A stretch of DNA of 64,000 nucleotides from an uncultured Halieaceae bacterium (GTDB lineage Bacteria > Pseudomonadota > Gammaproteobacteria > Pseudomonadales > Halieaceae), in the NCBI GenBank assembly GCA_913056165.1, contig CAJXMD010000002.1, positions 7,676-71,675 on the forward strand, written 5' to 3'. Made by a program: the position numbers and the translations under genes. The stretch's first letter is position 1; every line of letters starts with the position of its first letter. The notes below the pieces were generated by a model. That model was not told the origin of the DNA. It ran no database searches and saw only the letters and a program-made list of their open reading frames with translations. Shown in pieces: positions 12,577 to 22,260 of the stretch.

Positions 12577-12996
12577 TCAGAAAGGCCTCGTGTAGACCAG
12601 CAGCACAATCCCAAACAAAAACAAGACCGGCACTTCATTGAAAAACCGGTAAAACACGTGGGTCTTGTCGTCCTCTGCGTTGCCGATGCGGCGCATATAA
12701 ACACCACACTGCAGGTGATAGCCGACGAGGAACGCTACTCCCGCCAGTTTCGCCTGCATCCAGTGGGCCGTGAGGTAATACTCCCATTGATAGCTCAATC
12801 GCCACAGCCCAAAGCCGATGGTCAACAGCATAAAAGGGGTCACAAAGCGGTAGAGCTTTCGCGCCATGACGGCGAGGGTCTGACGGGTCTCGGGATCGGT
12901 GGACTGGGCGTAATAAACGAAGATCCGGGGCAAATAAAACAGCCCCGCGAACCAACAAACCATAAAAATGACATGAAACGCCTTAATCCAGAGCAT
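12577..12996 (-). CDS. hemJ: Protoporphyrinogen oxidase HemJ (CopD-like family)
   Basis: WIKAFHVIF..WFAGLFYLPRIFVY, WMQAKL, RFFNEVP; 4 TM helices; directly upstream of hemL. Confidence 0.88.
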   Translation of the reverse strand: MLWIKAFHVIFMVCWFAGLFYLPRIFVYYAQSTDPETRQTLAVMARKLYRFVTPFMLLTIGFGLWRLSYQWEYYLTAHWMQAKLAGVAFLVGYHLQCGVYMRRIGNAEDDKTHVFYRFFNEVPVLFLFGIVLLVYTRPF

Positions 12997-13061
12997 GACG
13001 ACCTCGCCGTAACATGAGAAAGTTTGGCTTTGGAACCATATCAGAAAAAGTGAGACTCCCC

Positions 13062-14093
13062 ATGATTAAGGTTGGGATCGTTGGCGGCACCGGATACACG
13101 GGTGTTGAGCTGCTGCGCCTGCTGTTGCGTCACCCCGAGGTGTCGGTCGAGATTATCTCTTCACGGGGAGAGGCGGGGCGGCGTCTGGACGATTTGTTTC
13201 CAACGCTGAGGTCTCACGCCGACCTGGTTTTTACTGATCCTGCCGATGCCGGCTGGGAGACTTGTGATGCGGTGTTCTTTGCCACGCCCCACAATGTCGC
13301 CATGAAGACCGCGCCAGCCCTGCTCGATAAAGGAGTGCGCGTTATCGATCTGTCGGCGGATTATCGGTTGAAGGACGTTGGGTTATGGGAGTCCTGGTAT
13401 GGCGAGGCCCACGCCAGCCCGGTCCTGTGCGCCGAGGCCGTGTACGGTCTGCCCGAGATGAACCGGGCGGCGATCCCCAAAGCGCAACTGGTGGCCTGCG
13501 CCGGCTGCTACCCCACCTCGGTGCAGCTGGGATTTATGCCTCTTTTGGAAGCTGGCCTCATAGACCCCTCGTCACTCATTGCCAGTAGTGCATCGGGTGT
13601 CAGCGGTGCGGGTCGTCAGGCGAAGGTTGCCAATTTACTGACCGAGGCGGGGGAGAGTTTCAAGGCCTATGGTGTGGCCGGACATCGGCACCTGCCCGAA
13701 ATCGAGCAGGGGCTCAATACGATGAGCGAGGATTCGGTTTCGCTCACCTTTGTGCCCCATTTAGTCCCCATGAGTCGAGGCATTCATTCGACCCTTTTTG
13801 GCCGACTGACGAGGCCCGATACGGATCTTCATCAGGTGTTCAGTGAGCGCTATGCCAATGAACCCTTTGTCGATGTGCTGCCTGTGGGCCAGACCCCTGA
13901 GACGGGTCATGTTAAGGGCGGCAACCGCTGTCAGATCGGGGTCACCGTACCGCAGGAGAGGGATACTGCAGTGGTGACTGTCGCCATCGATAATCTGGTG
14001 AAGGGTGCTTCGGGGCAGGCGGTGCAGGTCATGAATTTGATGTTTGGACTGCCGGAGACCTGCGGACTCGATGGCATTGCCATCTCTCCCTGA
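13062..14093 (+). CDS. argC: N-acetyl-gamma-glutamyl-phosphate reductase
   Basis: [37 protein letters not shown]; start moved to ATG 13062. Confidence 0.97.
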   Translation: MIKVGIVGGTGYTGVELLRLLLRHPEVSVEIISSRGEAGRRLDDLFPTLRSHADLVFTDPADAGWETCDAVFFATPHNVAMKTAPALLDKGVRVIDLSADYRLKDVGLWESWYGEAHASPVLCAEAVYGLPEMNRAAIPKAQLVACAGCYPTSVQLGFMPLLEAGLIDPSSLIASSASGVSGAGRQAKVANLLTEAGESFKAYGVAGHRHLPEIEQGLNTMSEDSVSLTFVPHLVPMSRGIHSTLFGRLTRPDTDLHQVFSERYANEPFVDVLPVGQTPETGHVKGGNRCQIGVTVPQERDTAVVTVAIDNLVKGASGQAVQVMNLMFGLPETCGLDGIAISP

Positions 14094-14102
14094 GCCCAAA
14101 CC

Positions 14103-14792
14103 ATGCCAAGACAGCAGTATCGAACCGTTATCAAGCGGGAACATCCTCAACGGCGGAGAATGCTGTGGGCTGTCTCGATTCTTCTGGTGGCAGCGGCGAT
14201 TAGCTTGGCCTATTTGGCTGGTGAGCAACATGGTAGCCGAGAGCCGGTGCCATGGACTGGCGAAGCCGATCAGCTTCGCGACGAGTTGGCACAGGCGGAG
14301 ACCAGCGCTGTTATCGACGCTCAAGCGACTCGGGAACTAACGGAGTCATTGGCAGAAGCCAGGGGAATCATTGAGGAGCGGGAGCGGGAACTCGCCTTTT
14401 ATAAGGAAGTGCTGGCACCCGAGGAGTTGAGCCGGGGCCCGCGCCTCCGCCAGCCGGTCTTCAGCGCCACGGATCAGCCCCGGGTCTGGCGGTATCAGCT
14501 TGTGGTGCAGCAAGGGGGCAAAACGTCGAGTGGCTATCGCGGAGACATGGACGTCAGTTTTATGGGCTTTCTGGCCGGAGAAATCACGACGCTCCGCCTC
14601 AGCGAACTCGATCAACGCTTGAAAGGCGCCCCCATCACCCTCAATTTTCGGTATTTCCAGCGTGCAGAGGGAGAGATCGAGTTCCCCTTGGGCTTTTCGC
14701 CCGATCAGGTGGAAGTTGTGGTCGATATTTCAAAGCCAGCCTTAGAAGATATTCGAACTGGTTATATTTGGAATGAATTAGTGTTACGTTAG
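14103..14792 (+). CDS. DUF6776-like membrane-anchored coiled-coil protein
   Basis: TM helix, coiled coil, ELAFYKEVLAP and FRYFQR motifs; usual argC-bactofilin neighbour. Confidence 0.7.
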   Translation: MPRQQYRTVIKREHPQRRRMLWAVSILLVAAAISLAYLAGEQHGSREPVPWTGEADQLRDELAQAETSAVIDAQATRELTESLAEARGIIEERERELAFYKEVLAPEELSRGPRLRQPVFSATDQPRVWRYQLVVQQGGKTSSGYRGDMDVSFMGFLAGEITTLRLSELDQRLKGAPITLNFRYFQRAEGEIEFPLGFSPDQVEVVVDISKPALEDIRTGYIWNELVLR

Positions 14793-14838
14793 GAGGTTCC
14801 GCTGCTGATTAAGCAGTCAAAACGGTACGGAGAGACTG

Positions 14839-15276
14839 ATGATGGGACGTAAAGACAAGCCGCTGACAACCGTTCAGGGCTCGACCACACTGATCGCGCG
14901 AGACGCGGTGGTCACGGGGGACATCCAGTTTTCTGGCAATTTGGATGTCGAAGGAAAGGTTAACGGGTCTATCGTTGCCCAAGAAGGCAAAGAAGCCATG
15001 TTGCGTATCATGGAAGGGGGCGAAGTCTCTGGAGAGATCAGGGTACCTTCTGCGGTGATCAACGGTGCCGTCAAAGGCGATATCCATTCCAGCGAGCGAC
15101 TCGAGCTTGCGGAGAAAGCAGAGGTCGATGGGGATGTTTACTACCACCTCATCGAGATGGCCGTTGGCTGTCGCGCCAATGGTGGTCTGCGTCATGTGTC
15201 GGCCAAGATTGACGACCTTGCGAGTCAACGCGAGAAGCGCCAGGCCGAGGAAAGCGCCCAGTCCGAGTTGGGCTGA
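14839..15276 (+). CDS. Bactofilin (polymer-forming cytoskeletal protein)
   Basis: TTLIA...VTGDIQFSGNLDVEGKVNGSI...VINGAVKGDIHS beta-helix repeats. Confidence 0.92.
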   Translation: MMGRKDKPLTTVQGSTTLIARDAVVTGDIQFSGNLDVEGKVNGSIVAQEGKEAMLRIMEGGEVSGEIRVPSAVINGAVKGDIHSSERLELAEKAEVDGDVYYHLIEMAVGCRANGGLRHVSAKIDDLASQREKRQAEESAQSELG

Positions 15277-15371
15277 AAAAAGCGTGGTGAGGAAGTCGGC
15301 AGTAGTGCCGCTCCTCACGCGATCCCTTTGCGTTACACTATCGCTAACTAATACTCAATACAGCTAGCATC

Positions 15372-15725
15372 ATGACAGTTGTCGAAGCCTTTGATCCCAA
15401 CGAAATTCGTTTAACCGACAATGCGGTGAAAAAGGTGTCCGCGTTGGTGGCGGATGAGGGTAACCCAAATCTCAAGCTGCGCATCTACATCACTGGCGGC
15501 GGCTGTTCGGGATTTCAGTACGGGTTTACTTTTGATGAAGCCTCTGCCGAAGACGATTGGGTCGTCGAGCGTGACGGTGTGACAGCTCTGGTAGACGCCA
15601 TGTCGTATCAGTATTTGATGGGGTCTGAAGTGGATTACACCGAGGGGCTTGAAGGCGCTCGCTTCGTGGTCAACAACCCCAATGCCGTTACTACCTGTGG
15701 GTGCGGCGCTTCCTTCTCTATCTAG
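15372..15725 (+). CDS. erpA: Fe-S cluster insertion protein ErpA
   Basis: [13 protein letters not shown] and TTCGCGASF. Confidence 0.95.
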   Translation: MTVVEAFDPNEIRLTDNAVKKVSALVADEGNPNLKLRIYITGGGCSGFQYGFTFDEASAEDDWVVERDGVTALVDAMSYQYLMGSEVDYTEGLEGARFVVNNPNAVTTCGCGASFSI

Positions 15726-15747
15726 CGCGCTTTATCCAGTCCGGGAT

Positions 15748-16869
15748 CTACCCCCGGTAAATACCCCCAAGCACTCGATACCCTGAGGCACCGGTAACGG
15801 CAGGTTCGTTACCAGGCAGATCATCGAGTGTTCTTGCGGCGAGCCAGGCAAAACAGAACGCTTCCACCCAATCGGGGTCAATACCCAGTGACGCGGTTGT
15901 GATTACCTCGGTCTCAGGGAGCAGTTCCGTGAATCGAGCCATGAGTGCGCTGTTGTGAACACCACCACCGCACACGGCGAGTCGTTTGGGCGGGGTGCCG
16001 GCCAGATCACGGTCGTTAAGTGATAGCGCCACCGAGCATGCTGTCAGCTCCAGCAAGGTTCGTTGTACGTTCTCCGCTGGAGGGATGTCGGCCACGCCCT
16101 GTATATGGGTTTCCAGCCAATCGCGGCAAAAATAGTCTGGGCCTGTGCTCTTTGGCGGGGCGGCGGTAAAAAAGGGATCAGAGAGCATGCTACTCAGCAG
16201 TGCCTCATCGACGGCACCACTCATTGCCCAACTGCCATCGGCATCAAACGGCCGCTGTTGATGGGTCTGAACCCACCCATCCATCAGCGTATTGCCGGGC
16301 CCTGTATCAAACCCGATCACCGAGTCGTCGCTACCCAACAATGAAATATTCGCAATGCCCCCAACATTGAGTACGGCGGTGTTAGTACCTGTCTGGCCAA
16401 ACATCGCTCGATGGAATCCCGGAGCGAGGGGCGCCCCTTGACCTCCTGCGGCCATATCCCTGCGTCGAAAATCAGCCACGGTGGTGATGCCGGTGAGCTC
16501 CGCGATTTTATTGGCGTCGCCGATCTGCAGAGTAAAGGGATATTCGCCCTCGGGCTGGTGACGGATTGTCTGCCCGTGACTACCGATGGCGCGGACATCG
16601 TCACGACTGATGCCCGCTTTCTCAATGACCTTCAATGCCGCCTTGGCAAAGGCAACCGCCATCACCTGATCGAGATGCCCCATGCGCATCAGTTCGTCTC
16701 GGCCCGATACGGTTAACGCATGGATGGATGCTTTGGTGTCTGCATCGATCGGTTCATTATGGGTCGCCACCAGTTGCGGTGCGCTACCCGAAAAGTCGGC
16801 GATACAGGCATCAATGCTGTCGGCGCTTGTGCCCGACATGAGGCCGATAAAGAAGGGGGGATGGGTCAC
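15748..16869 (-). CDS. anmK: Anhydro-N-acetylmuramic acid kinase
   Basis: IGLMSGTS, GSHGQT, DFRRRDMAAGGQGAPL, FDTGPGN. Confidence 0.96.
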   Translation of the reverse strand: MTHPPFFIGLMSGTSADSIDACIADFSGSAPQLVATHNEPIDADTKASIHALTVSGRDELMRMGHLDQVMAVAFAKAALKVIEKAGISRDDVRAIGSHGQTIRHQPEGEYPFTLQIGDANKIAELTGITTVADFRRRDMAAGGQGAPLAPGFHRAMFGQTGTNTAVLNVGGIANISLLGSDDSVIGFDTGPGNTLMDGWVQTHQQRPFDADGSWAMSGAVDEALLSSMLSDPFFTAAPPKSTGPDYFCRDWLETHIQGVADIPPAENVQRTLLELTACSVALSLNDRDLAGTPPKRLAVCGGGVHNSALMARFTELLPETEVITTASLGIDPDWVEAFCFAWLAARTLDDLPGNEPAVTGASGYRVLGGIYRG

Positions 16870-18296
16870 TGTCCCGACGACTCGCCCCGGCTGCCGGCGC
16901 TGGCGAGATTCTGGGTATTTTTGAGCGCCGCCAATTGCTGCCCCGGGCGTGCTACTTCCCGCTCAAAGCGCGGTAGCTCGGCCTCAGGCAATGACTTTGC
17001 CTTGGGCAGGGACTTGTGAACCCGACGGGGGTTTCGGTGGACTCCATTCACAAGAAACTCGTAGTGGAGATGAGGGCCGGTTGCCGAGCCGGTTGATCCC
17101 ACCGTGCCGATAATGTCTCCCTGTTTAACTCGCGTCCCTTTTTTCACACGCCGCTTGTGGAGGTGCAGATAGTGGGTCTTGTAGGTTTCCCCATGCTGGA
17201 TAAAGACGTAGTTGCCGTTGGGCCGCGTGTAGCCGGCTTCGACCACACGACCGTCTCCGGCTGCATAGACTGGCGTGCCGGTCGGGGCCGCATAATCCGT
17301 GCCCCGATGGGGTCGCTTGGTTTTGTAGATCGGATGGAGGCGATTTGGGTTGAAATTCGAGCTGACCCGAGTGAAGTCCAAAGGCGCTTTTAAAAAGGCC
17401 TTGCGCATACTCACCCCGTCTTCGTTGTAATAGCTGGTATCTCCCAAGGAGTCGGTGTAGCGGTAGGCTTGAAAGGTCTCGCCCTTGTTGGTGAAGGCGG
17501 CGGCGACGATGTCACCATCCGCATACTTGTCTCCATCAATCCAGGCTTCCTCGTAGACCAGCTCAATAGTGTCGCCGACACGAGGATCCAGGGCGAAGTC
17601 AATGACTCCCCCAAAAATACCGGCAAGATCCATGATCACCTTGCTGGACAACCCCGCTGCTTGCCCGGCGAGAAACAGTGATGAACTGATGCGCATGGTG
17701 GCGCTCTGTTCAAAAATTTCCGGCTCGCGGACGGTAACCTCGGTGCGATAGGTATTGCCGTCGCGAGTAAAGGTCGACCACTTTAAAGCCGATTCCTTGT
17801 GCTTGACCCGATGAAGCCTACCCTCTGGGGAGGTCTGGAAACTGAGGGTCTCTCCTGGATAAATTTTTCGCAGGGCCCGCCCGCCATCGGCTTTGGTCAC
17901 CTCGTAGACATCACGGTCAGAAAATCCCGCTCTGGCGAAAATGAGGGAGAGGTTATCGCCGTTTCTAACAACTTCCTCGCGCCAGGGGGGCTCTGCCGGT
18001 GGCGGAGATGGCCGGGCGGCGTTATGGTCCGGTGCTTGCTCGGAGGAGAGTCCACCAGTCGCTTGCTCTGGGGATGTGAAGTCAGCATTGGAGGGCGCGG
18101 TTCCGGCCACATCGGCTGGAGAGAGGTCAGTTGTTTCATTGCCACTAATGCCAAATACCAGAAGCAGGGAGCCAAGCAACAGGCTAGTCACTGCAAGCTT
18201 CGAGCGCAGGGTGCTCAGAGGTGACCCGCTGGCGGGCGCCTCGAGGGGCGTCGCGCCTCTTGGACGCGTTGTCGATCGAATCTTTGGCAGTCCCAT
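16866..18296 (-). CDS. M23 peptidoglycan DD-endopeptidase (MepM/OapA-like)
   Basis: TM anchor, LysM-like segment, HRGTD and GPHLHYE M23 motifs; start uncertain (18296 preferred, ORF track 18392). Confidence 0.9.
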   Translation of the reverse strand: MGLPKIRSTTRPRGATPLEAPASGSPLSTLRSKLAVTSLLLGSLLLVFGISGNETTDLSPADVAGTAPSNADFTSPEQATGGLSSEQAPDHNAARPSPPPAEPPWREEVVRNGDNLSLIFARAGFSDRDVYEVTKADGGRALRKIYPGETLSFQTSPEGRLHRVKHKESALKWSTFTRDGNTYRTEVTVREPEIFEQSATMRISSSLFLAGQAAGLSSKVIMDLAGIFGGVIDFALDPRVGDTIELVYEEAWIDGDKYADGDIVAAAFTNKGETFQAYRYTDSLGDTSYYNEDGVSMRKAFLKAPLDFTRVSSNFNPNRLHPIYKTKRPHRGTDYAAPTGTPVYAAGDGRVVEAGYTRPNGNYVFIQHGETYKTHYLHLHKRRVKKGTRVKQGDIIGTVGSTGSATGPHLHYEFLVNGVHRNPRRVHKSLPKAKSLPEAELPRFEREVARPGQQLAALKNTQNLASAGSRGESSGQ

Positions 18297-18327
18297 GATC
18301 CTGCAGGCGTCGCTGACATTAGCTCGT

Positions 18328-18333
18328 ATTATA
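18328..18333 (-). promoter_or_regulatory. Possible sigma70 -10 element for the M23-anmK unit
   Basis: Perfect TATAAT on the minus strand about 30 nt upstream of ATG 18296; no well-spaced -35. Confidence 0.35.
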
Positions 18334-18510
18334 CGCGTTAGGTTGCCCTTCAACATCGTCAACGTTGTGATTGCCGGCTGAGGGTCATTCACCCTCGATA
18401 TCTTACCGATCCACCGGCACGGGAAGCGGCCTGCAATCCCTGCTTGAGCAGGAAAACTGCGGGCTCCTGAGCTACACTTGGATCTCCGATCACCAACAAC
18501 TATCCGCTAT

Positions 18511-19818
18511 ATGTCCAACGCCCTGTTGCAAGACCTGAGAGATCGAGGTCTGGTTTTCCAAATCGCCGGTGAAGAGGCTTTCGAGGCCTGGCTCGAGGGG
18601 GGTCCCAGAACCCTCTACTGCGGGTTTGATCCCACAGCTGATAGCTTGCATATTGGGTCGCTTGTGCCCCTGTTAATGTTGCGACGGTTTCAGCTTGCGG
18701 GGCATCGGCCGCTGGCCCTTGTGGGCGGTGCGACGGGGTTGATCGGCGATCCCAGTTTCAAGTCGGCAGAACGGCAGTTAAATACACCGGATGTGGTCGC
18801 AGGATGGGTCGACAAGTTGAAAGCCCAGGTTAGTCAGTTCATTGATTTTGAGGGTGATCATCTGCAAGAGGGCACCGCGGCACTGGTAGTGAATAACCTG
18901 GACTGGACTCAGGATGTGGATGTGCTGACGTTCCTTCGTGACGTTGGTAAGCATTTCTCGATCAACGCGATGATTCAGAAGGAGTCCGTGAAACAGCGAA
19001 TCGAGCGTGAAGGCGCGGGTATTAGCTTCACCGAATTCACGTACATGATTCTCCAGTCCTACGATTTTTCCGAGCTCTATCGACAATATGAGTGTGGCCT
19101 GCAGATCGGTGGTTCCGATCAGTGGGGCAACATTACCGGAGGTATTGACCTCACCCGTCGTTTGCACGGTGGCCAGACATTTGGTCTGACGATGCCCTTG
19201 GTGACCAAGGCTGATGGCACCAAGTTTGGTAAGACCGAGTCGGGCACCATCTGGCTTGATGCGAGAAAGACCTCGCCTTATGCCTTTTATCAGTTCTGGT
19301 TGAGCACCGCGGATGCGGATGTGTATAAATTTTTGCGTTACTTCACCTTCCTGCCTGTCGAGGAGATTGCGCGGATTGAGGAGGAAGACAACGCGAGGGA
19401 GGGGCGGCCAGAAGCCCAGCGGATTCTTGCGAAAGAGGTAACGTCGCTGGTTCACGGTGCTGAGGGCCTCGCCGCTGCAGAAAGAATCACCGAGGCGCTG
19501 TTTGCTGGAGAAGCCTCTGCCTTAAGCGCGGATGACTTGAATCAGCTTGCTCTCGACGGCTTGCCGACTTCCACGCTTGATCTCAATACCGCGCCACCGA
19601 CCCTGACTCAGTTGCTGAGTGAGTCCGGTATGGTCTCCTCTGGTAAGCAGGTAAAAGATGCCCTCAAAAATAATGCTGTGACGATTAACGGTGTGGCGGT
19701 GCAGGGAGAAGCTTCGATTGCGGTGGAGGCTTGTTTTTCACCTGACCATGCGCTGCATGGTCGGTACTGGATCGTGCGCTTGGGTAAAAAGAAGTACCAC
19801 CTTTTTACAACAGCCTAG
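18511..19818 (+). CDS. tyrS: Tyrosine--tRNA ligase
   Basis: [30 protein letters not shown]-terminal S4 domain; start moved to ATG 18511. Confidence 0.98.
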   Translation: MSNALLQDLRDRGLVFQIAGEEAFEAWLEGGPRTLYCGFDPTADSLHIGSLVPLLMLRRFQLAGHRPLALVGGATGLIGDPSFKSAERQLNTPDVVAGWVDKLKAQVSQFIDFEGDHLQEGTAALVVNNLDWTQDVDVLTFLRDVGKHFSINAMIQKESVKQRIEREGAGISFTEFTYMILQSYDFSELYRQYECGLQIGGSDQWGNITGGIDLTRRLHGGQTFGLTMPLVTKADGTKFGKTESGTIWLDARKTSPYAFYQFWLSTADADVYKFLRYFTFLPVEEIARIEEEDNAREGRPEAQRILAKEVTSLVHGAEGLAAAERITEALFAGEASALSADDLNQLALDGLPTSTLDLNTAPPTLTQLLSESGMVSSGKQVKDALKNNAVTINGVAVQGEASIAVEACFSPDHALHGRYWIVRLGKKKYHLFTTA

Positions 19819-20006
19819 ATAAGCCGCGCGATCATAGGTCGTAGCGTGGATTTGGTCTCCGGAAATTAAGAGAGCCGTTGTGACAGTGAATTTGCGATCA
19901 GGATGTGTGGCGTTGGGGAAAGAATATGCCACGGCCAATGGTCTGGTCATCGGACGAGATAGTGACTGTGACATCGTTTATGACTCTTCGGAGATATCCC
20001 GACCTC

Positions 20007-20765
20007 ATGCGCGACTCAATGCGGCGGGTTTCAACGTCAATGTCGTTCCCTGAGGCTCCGACAGGCGTGTATCCCGAGGATAACGACACCTTTAATCGGC
20101 TGCATGAAGAGCTTGTGGCTGCTGCTGAGGTGCTGGACGGAATCGATCCCGCTGTTACGGTATTTGGCAGCGCTCGCCTCAAAGAGCAGGAACCTGAATT
20201 TGAAGTGGCTCGCGAGATCGCGCTGGGTCTTGCCCGCGCAGGGGTGCCGGTCATTACTGGCGGCGGCCCCGGCATCATGGAGGCAGCTAACCGGGGAGCA
20301 AAGGAAGGTGGCGGGGTCTCTGTTGGCCTCAAAATAGCGTTGCCTCGTGAGCAGCATGAAAATCCCTATCTGGATCGTCGTGCACACTTTCGCTATTTCA
20401 TGTCACGAAAGTTCATGCTCACCCGCTACAGCTATGGCTTTGTTGTTTTCCCTGGAGGCTTCGGCACGTTGGACGAGTTGTTCGAACTGCTGGTGCTTTA
20501 CAACACCGACCGGGCGGAGCGTCGCCCCATTGTGCTGGTGGGCAAGGCCTTCTGGCAGGATCTGCTTACCTGGATGATGGATTTTCAGGGGGGGCGAGAG
20601 TTTATCGATCCGGAGGATCTGGGCGAGCTCACTGTAGTAGATAGTGCTGATGAGGCACTCGCGGTTCTCCTCAACCCCGATAGGCGCGGAGCGCTGGACG
20701 TCCAGGTATCTGAATCTCATATTGTCGATGCCTCAGATGCTCTCGATCGCGAGAAGACACCCTAG
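20007..20765 (+). CDS. LOG-family (TIGR00730-like) nucleotide phosphoribohydrolase
   Basis: VFGSAR, TGGGPGIMEAANRG, PGGFGTLDELFE; start uncertain (20007 or 20040). Confidence 0.9.
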   Translation: MRDSMRRVSTSMSFPEAPTGVYPEDNDTFNRLHEELVAAAEVLDGIDPAVTVFGSARLKEQEPEFEVAREIALGLARAGVPVITGGGPGIMEAANRGAKEGGGVSVGLKIALPREQHENPYLDRRAHFRYFMSRKFMLTRYSYGFVVFPGGFGTLDELFELLVLYNTDRAERRPIVLVGKAFWQDLLTWMMDFQGGREFIDPEDLGELTVVDSADEALAVLLNPDRRGALDVQVSESHIVDASDALDREKTP

Positions 20766-21787
20766 TGCTGCCGGTTATTTTCGGTTTGGCTGGCCCAGTA
20801 GTCTCCACGGAGGAGCGCAGTCTTTTTCAGCGAACGAACCCTCTTGGGTTTATTTTGTTTGGTCGCAATGTGGAGAATCGCGATCAGTTGAGCGCGCTCA
20901 CCGACTCGCTACGCGAGGCCACCGGGAGAGATAATCTTCCTATCCTCATCGACCAGGAAGGGGGACGTGTTGCCCGCTTGGGTCCTCCCGAATGGCTGTC
21001 TTGGCCATCGGCAGCAACCTTCGCTGCTGCCTACACCAAAGATCCTGATAAGGCTCGCCAAGCGGCACGTTGTAATTTCGAGGCGCTGGGTCTGGAGCTT
21101 GCCGAGGTTGGTATCACCGTAGATTGTGCTCCGGTGTTGGATGTCCCCCAGCCTGGCGCTCATGACATTATTGGGGATCGCGCCTTTGGTGACGGTGTAA
21201 ATAGCATTGTCCAGCTCGGTGCCACCGTGCTGGATGGACTAGCCAAGGCGGGCGTTGTTGGCGTCATTAAACATATTCCCGGCCATGGTCGCGCAGCTGC
21301 GGATAGTCATTTGGCCTTGCCGGAAGTTTCCGCCAGCGCGGAGGAACTCGCCACTGATCTCGCACCGTTTAAGGCACTGGCTTACGCGCCGATGGCGATG
21401 ACCGCCCACATCCGATATCCAGCGTGGGACGACGTTCACTGCGCGACGCTTTCGCCCACAATCATTCGGTCGGTCATTCGCGAACACATCGGCTTTGACG
21501 GCTTGTTAATGTCCGATGATCTCGACATGAAAGCACTCGAGGGATCAATACCCGAGCTTGGTTTACAGGCAGTACAGGCGGGCTGTGACGTCGCCCTTAA
21601 CTGCTGGGGAAGATTTGACGATATGTGTGGCCTTGCGGACCTGTTGCCGCCGGCCAGCGGCGATTGTCGACGGCGTCTTGAGGCCGCGATGGCGGCCCGA
21701 ACCCCTTTTACCGGTAGTGCCGCTGAGTTACAGGAACGAAAGCAGGCCGTGATTGATGAGCGGGATACCTTGATCGGACAGCCCTGA
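20765..21787 (+). CDS. nagZ: Beta-N-acetylhexosaminidase (GH3)
   Basis: IDQEGGRV, KHIPGHG..DSH, SDDLDM. Confidence 0.93.
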   Translation: MLPVIFGLAGPVVSTEERSLFQRTNPLGFILFGRNVENRDQLSALTDSLREATGRDNLPILIDQEGGRVARLGPPEWLSWPSAATFAAAYTKDPDKARQAARCNFEALGLELAEVGITVDCAPVLDVPQPGAHDIIGDRAFGDGVNSIVQLGATVLDGLAKAGVVGVIKHIPGHGRAAADSHLALPEVSASAEELATDLAPFKALAYAPMAMTAHIRYPAWDDVHCATLSPTIIRSVIREHIGFDGLLMSDDLDMKALEGSIPELGLQAVQAGCDVALNCWGRFDDMCGLADLLPPASGDCRRRLEAAMAARTPFTGSAAELQERKQAVIDERDTLIGQP

Positions 21788-21900
21788 TTGTCTTGATTGA
21801 TTCCCGCTTAACTCGCTCCTTGGTTGGTGATTGATCCGGGATTGTCGTACTGTCGGGGCTCACTAGCGTGGTAAGCATTGGAAACACGGAAGAACCACAA

Positions 21901-21951
21901 GCGAAATAAACTGTCAGGCGAAACAAAGCGCCGGGCGAAACAAAGAGTCCA
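21901..21951 (+). repeat. Three imperfect direct repeats, 17-nt period, core GCGAAAYAAA
   Basis: GCGAAATAAACTGTCAG / GCGAAACAAAGCGCCGG / GCGAAACAAAGAGTCCA. Confidence 0.7.
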
Positions 21952-21972
21952 GGCAGAGAGAGTAAGTTAAAG

Positions 21973-22260
21973 GTGATGGGAAAAGATTCAGGACGGCTCA
22001 CTCAGGCTGTTATCGTTCAGCTGGTTATTGTGGTTGGCATGTTGACGATGGCAGGGTGTGGCACTTCGACACTCGCGCCAGATAACGCTGCTGACGCCAC
22101 CCTTTGCGAGGACCCGCGTCCCATGGTCTGCACCATGGAATACATGCCCGTATGTGCCAATTTAGCGGCCGGCGGAACGGCCACTTATCCCTCCGGCTGT
22201 AATGCCTGCGCTGATATCGCCGTGGCAAGCTGGGTCGACTCCCCCTGTGAGGAAGAATAA
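21973..22260 (+). CDS. Small lipoprotein with Kazal-like Cys-rich domain
   Basis: Lipobox MAGC; CEDPRPMVCTMEYMPVCA...TYPSGCNAC...C. Confidence 0.8.
   Translation: MMGKDSGRLTQAVIVQLVIVVGMLTMAGCGTSTLAPDNAADATLCEDPRPMVCTMEYMPVCANLAAGGTATYPSGCNACADIAVASWVDSPCEEE

Noticed and set aside
15335-15365. IscR site upstream of erpA
   Set aside because: Biologically plausible, but the match to the recalled consensus is too weak to call.
21901-21951. CRISPR array
   Set aside because: The 10-nt core and 7-nt intervening segments are far too short, and there are no cas genes.
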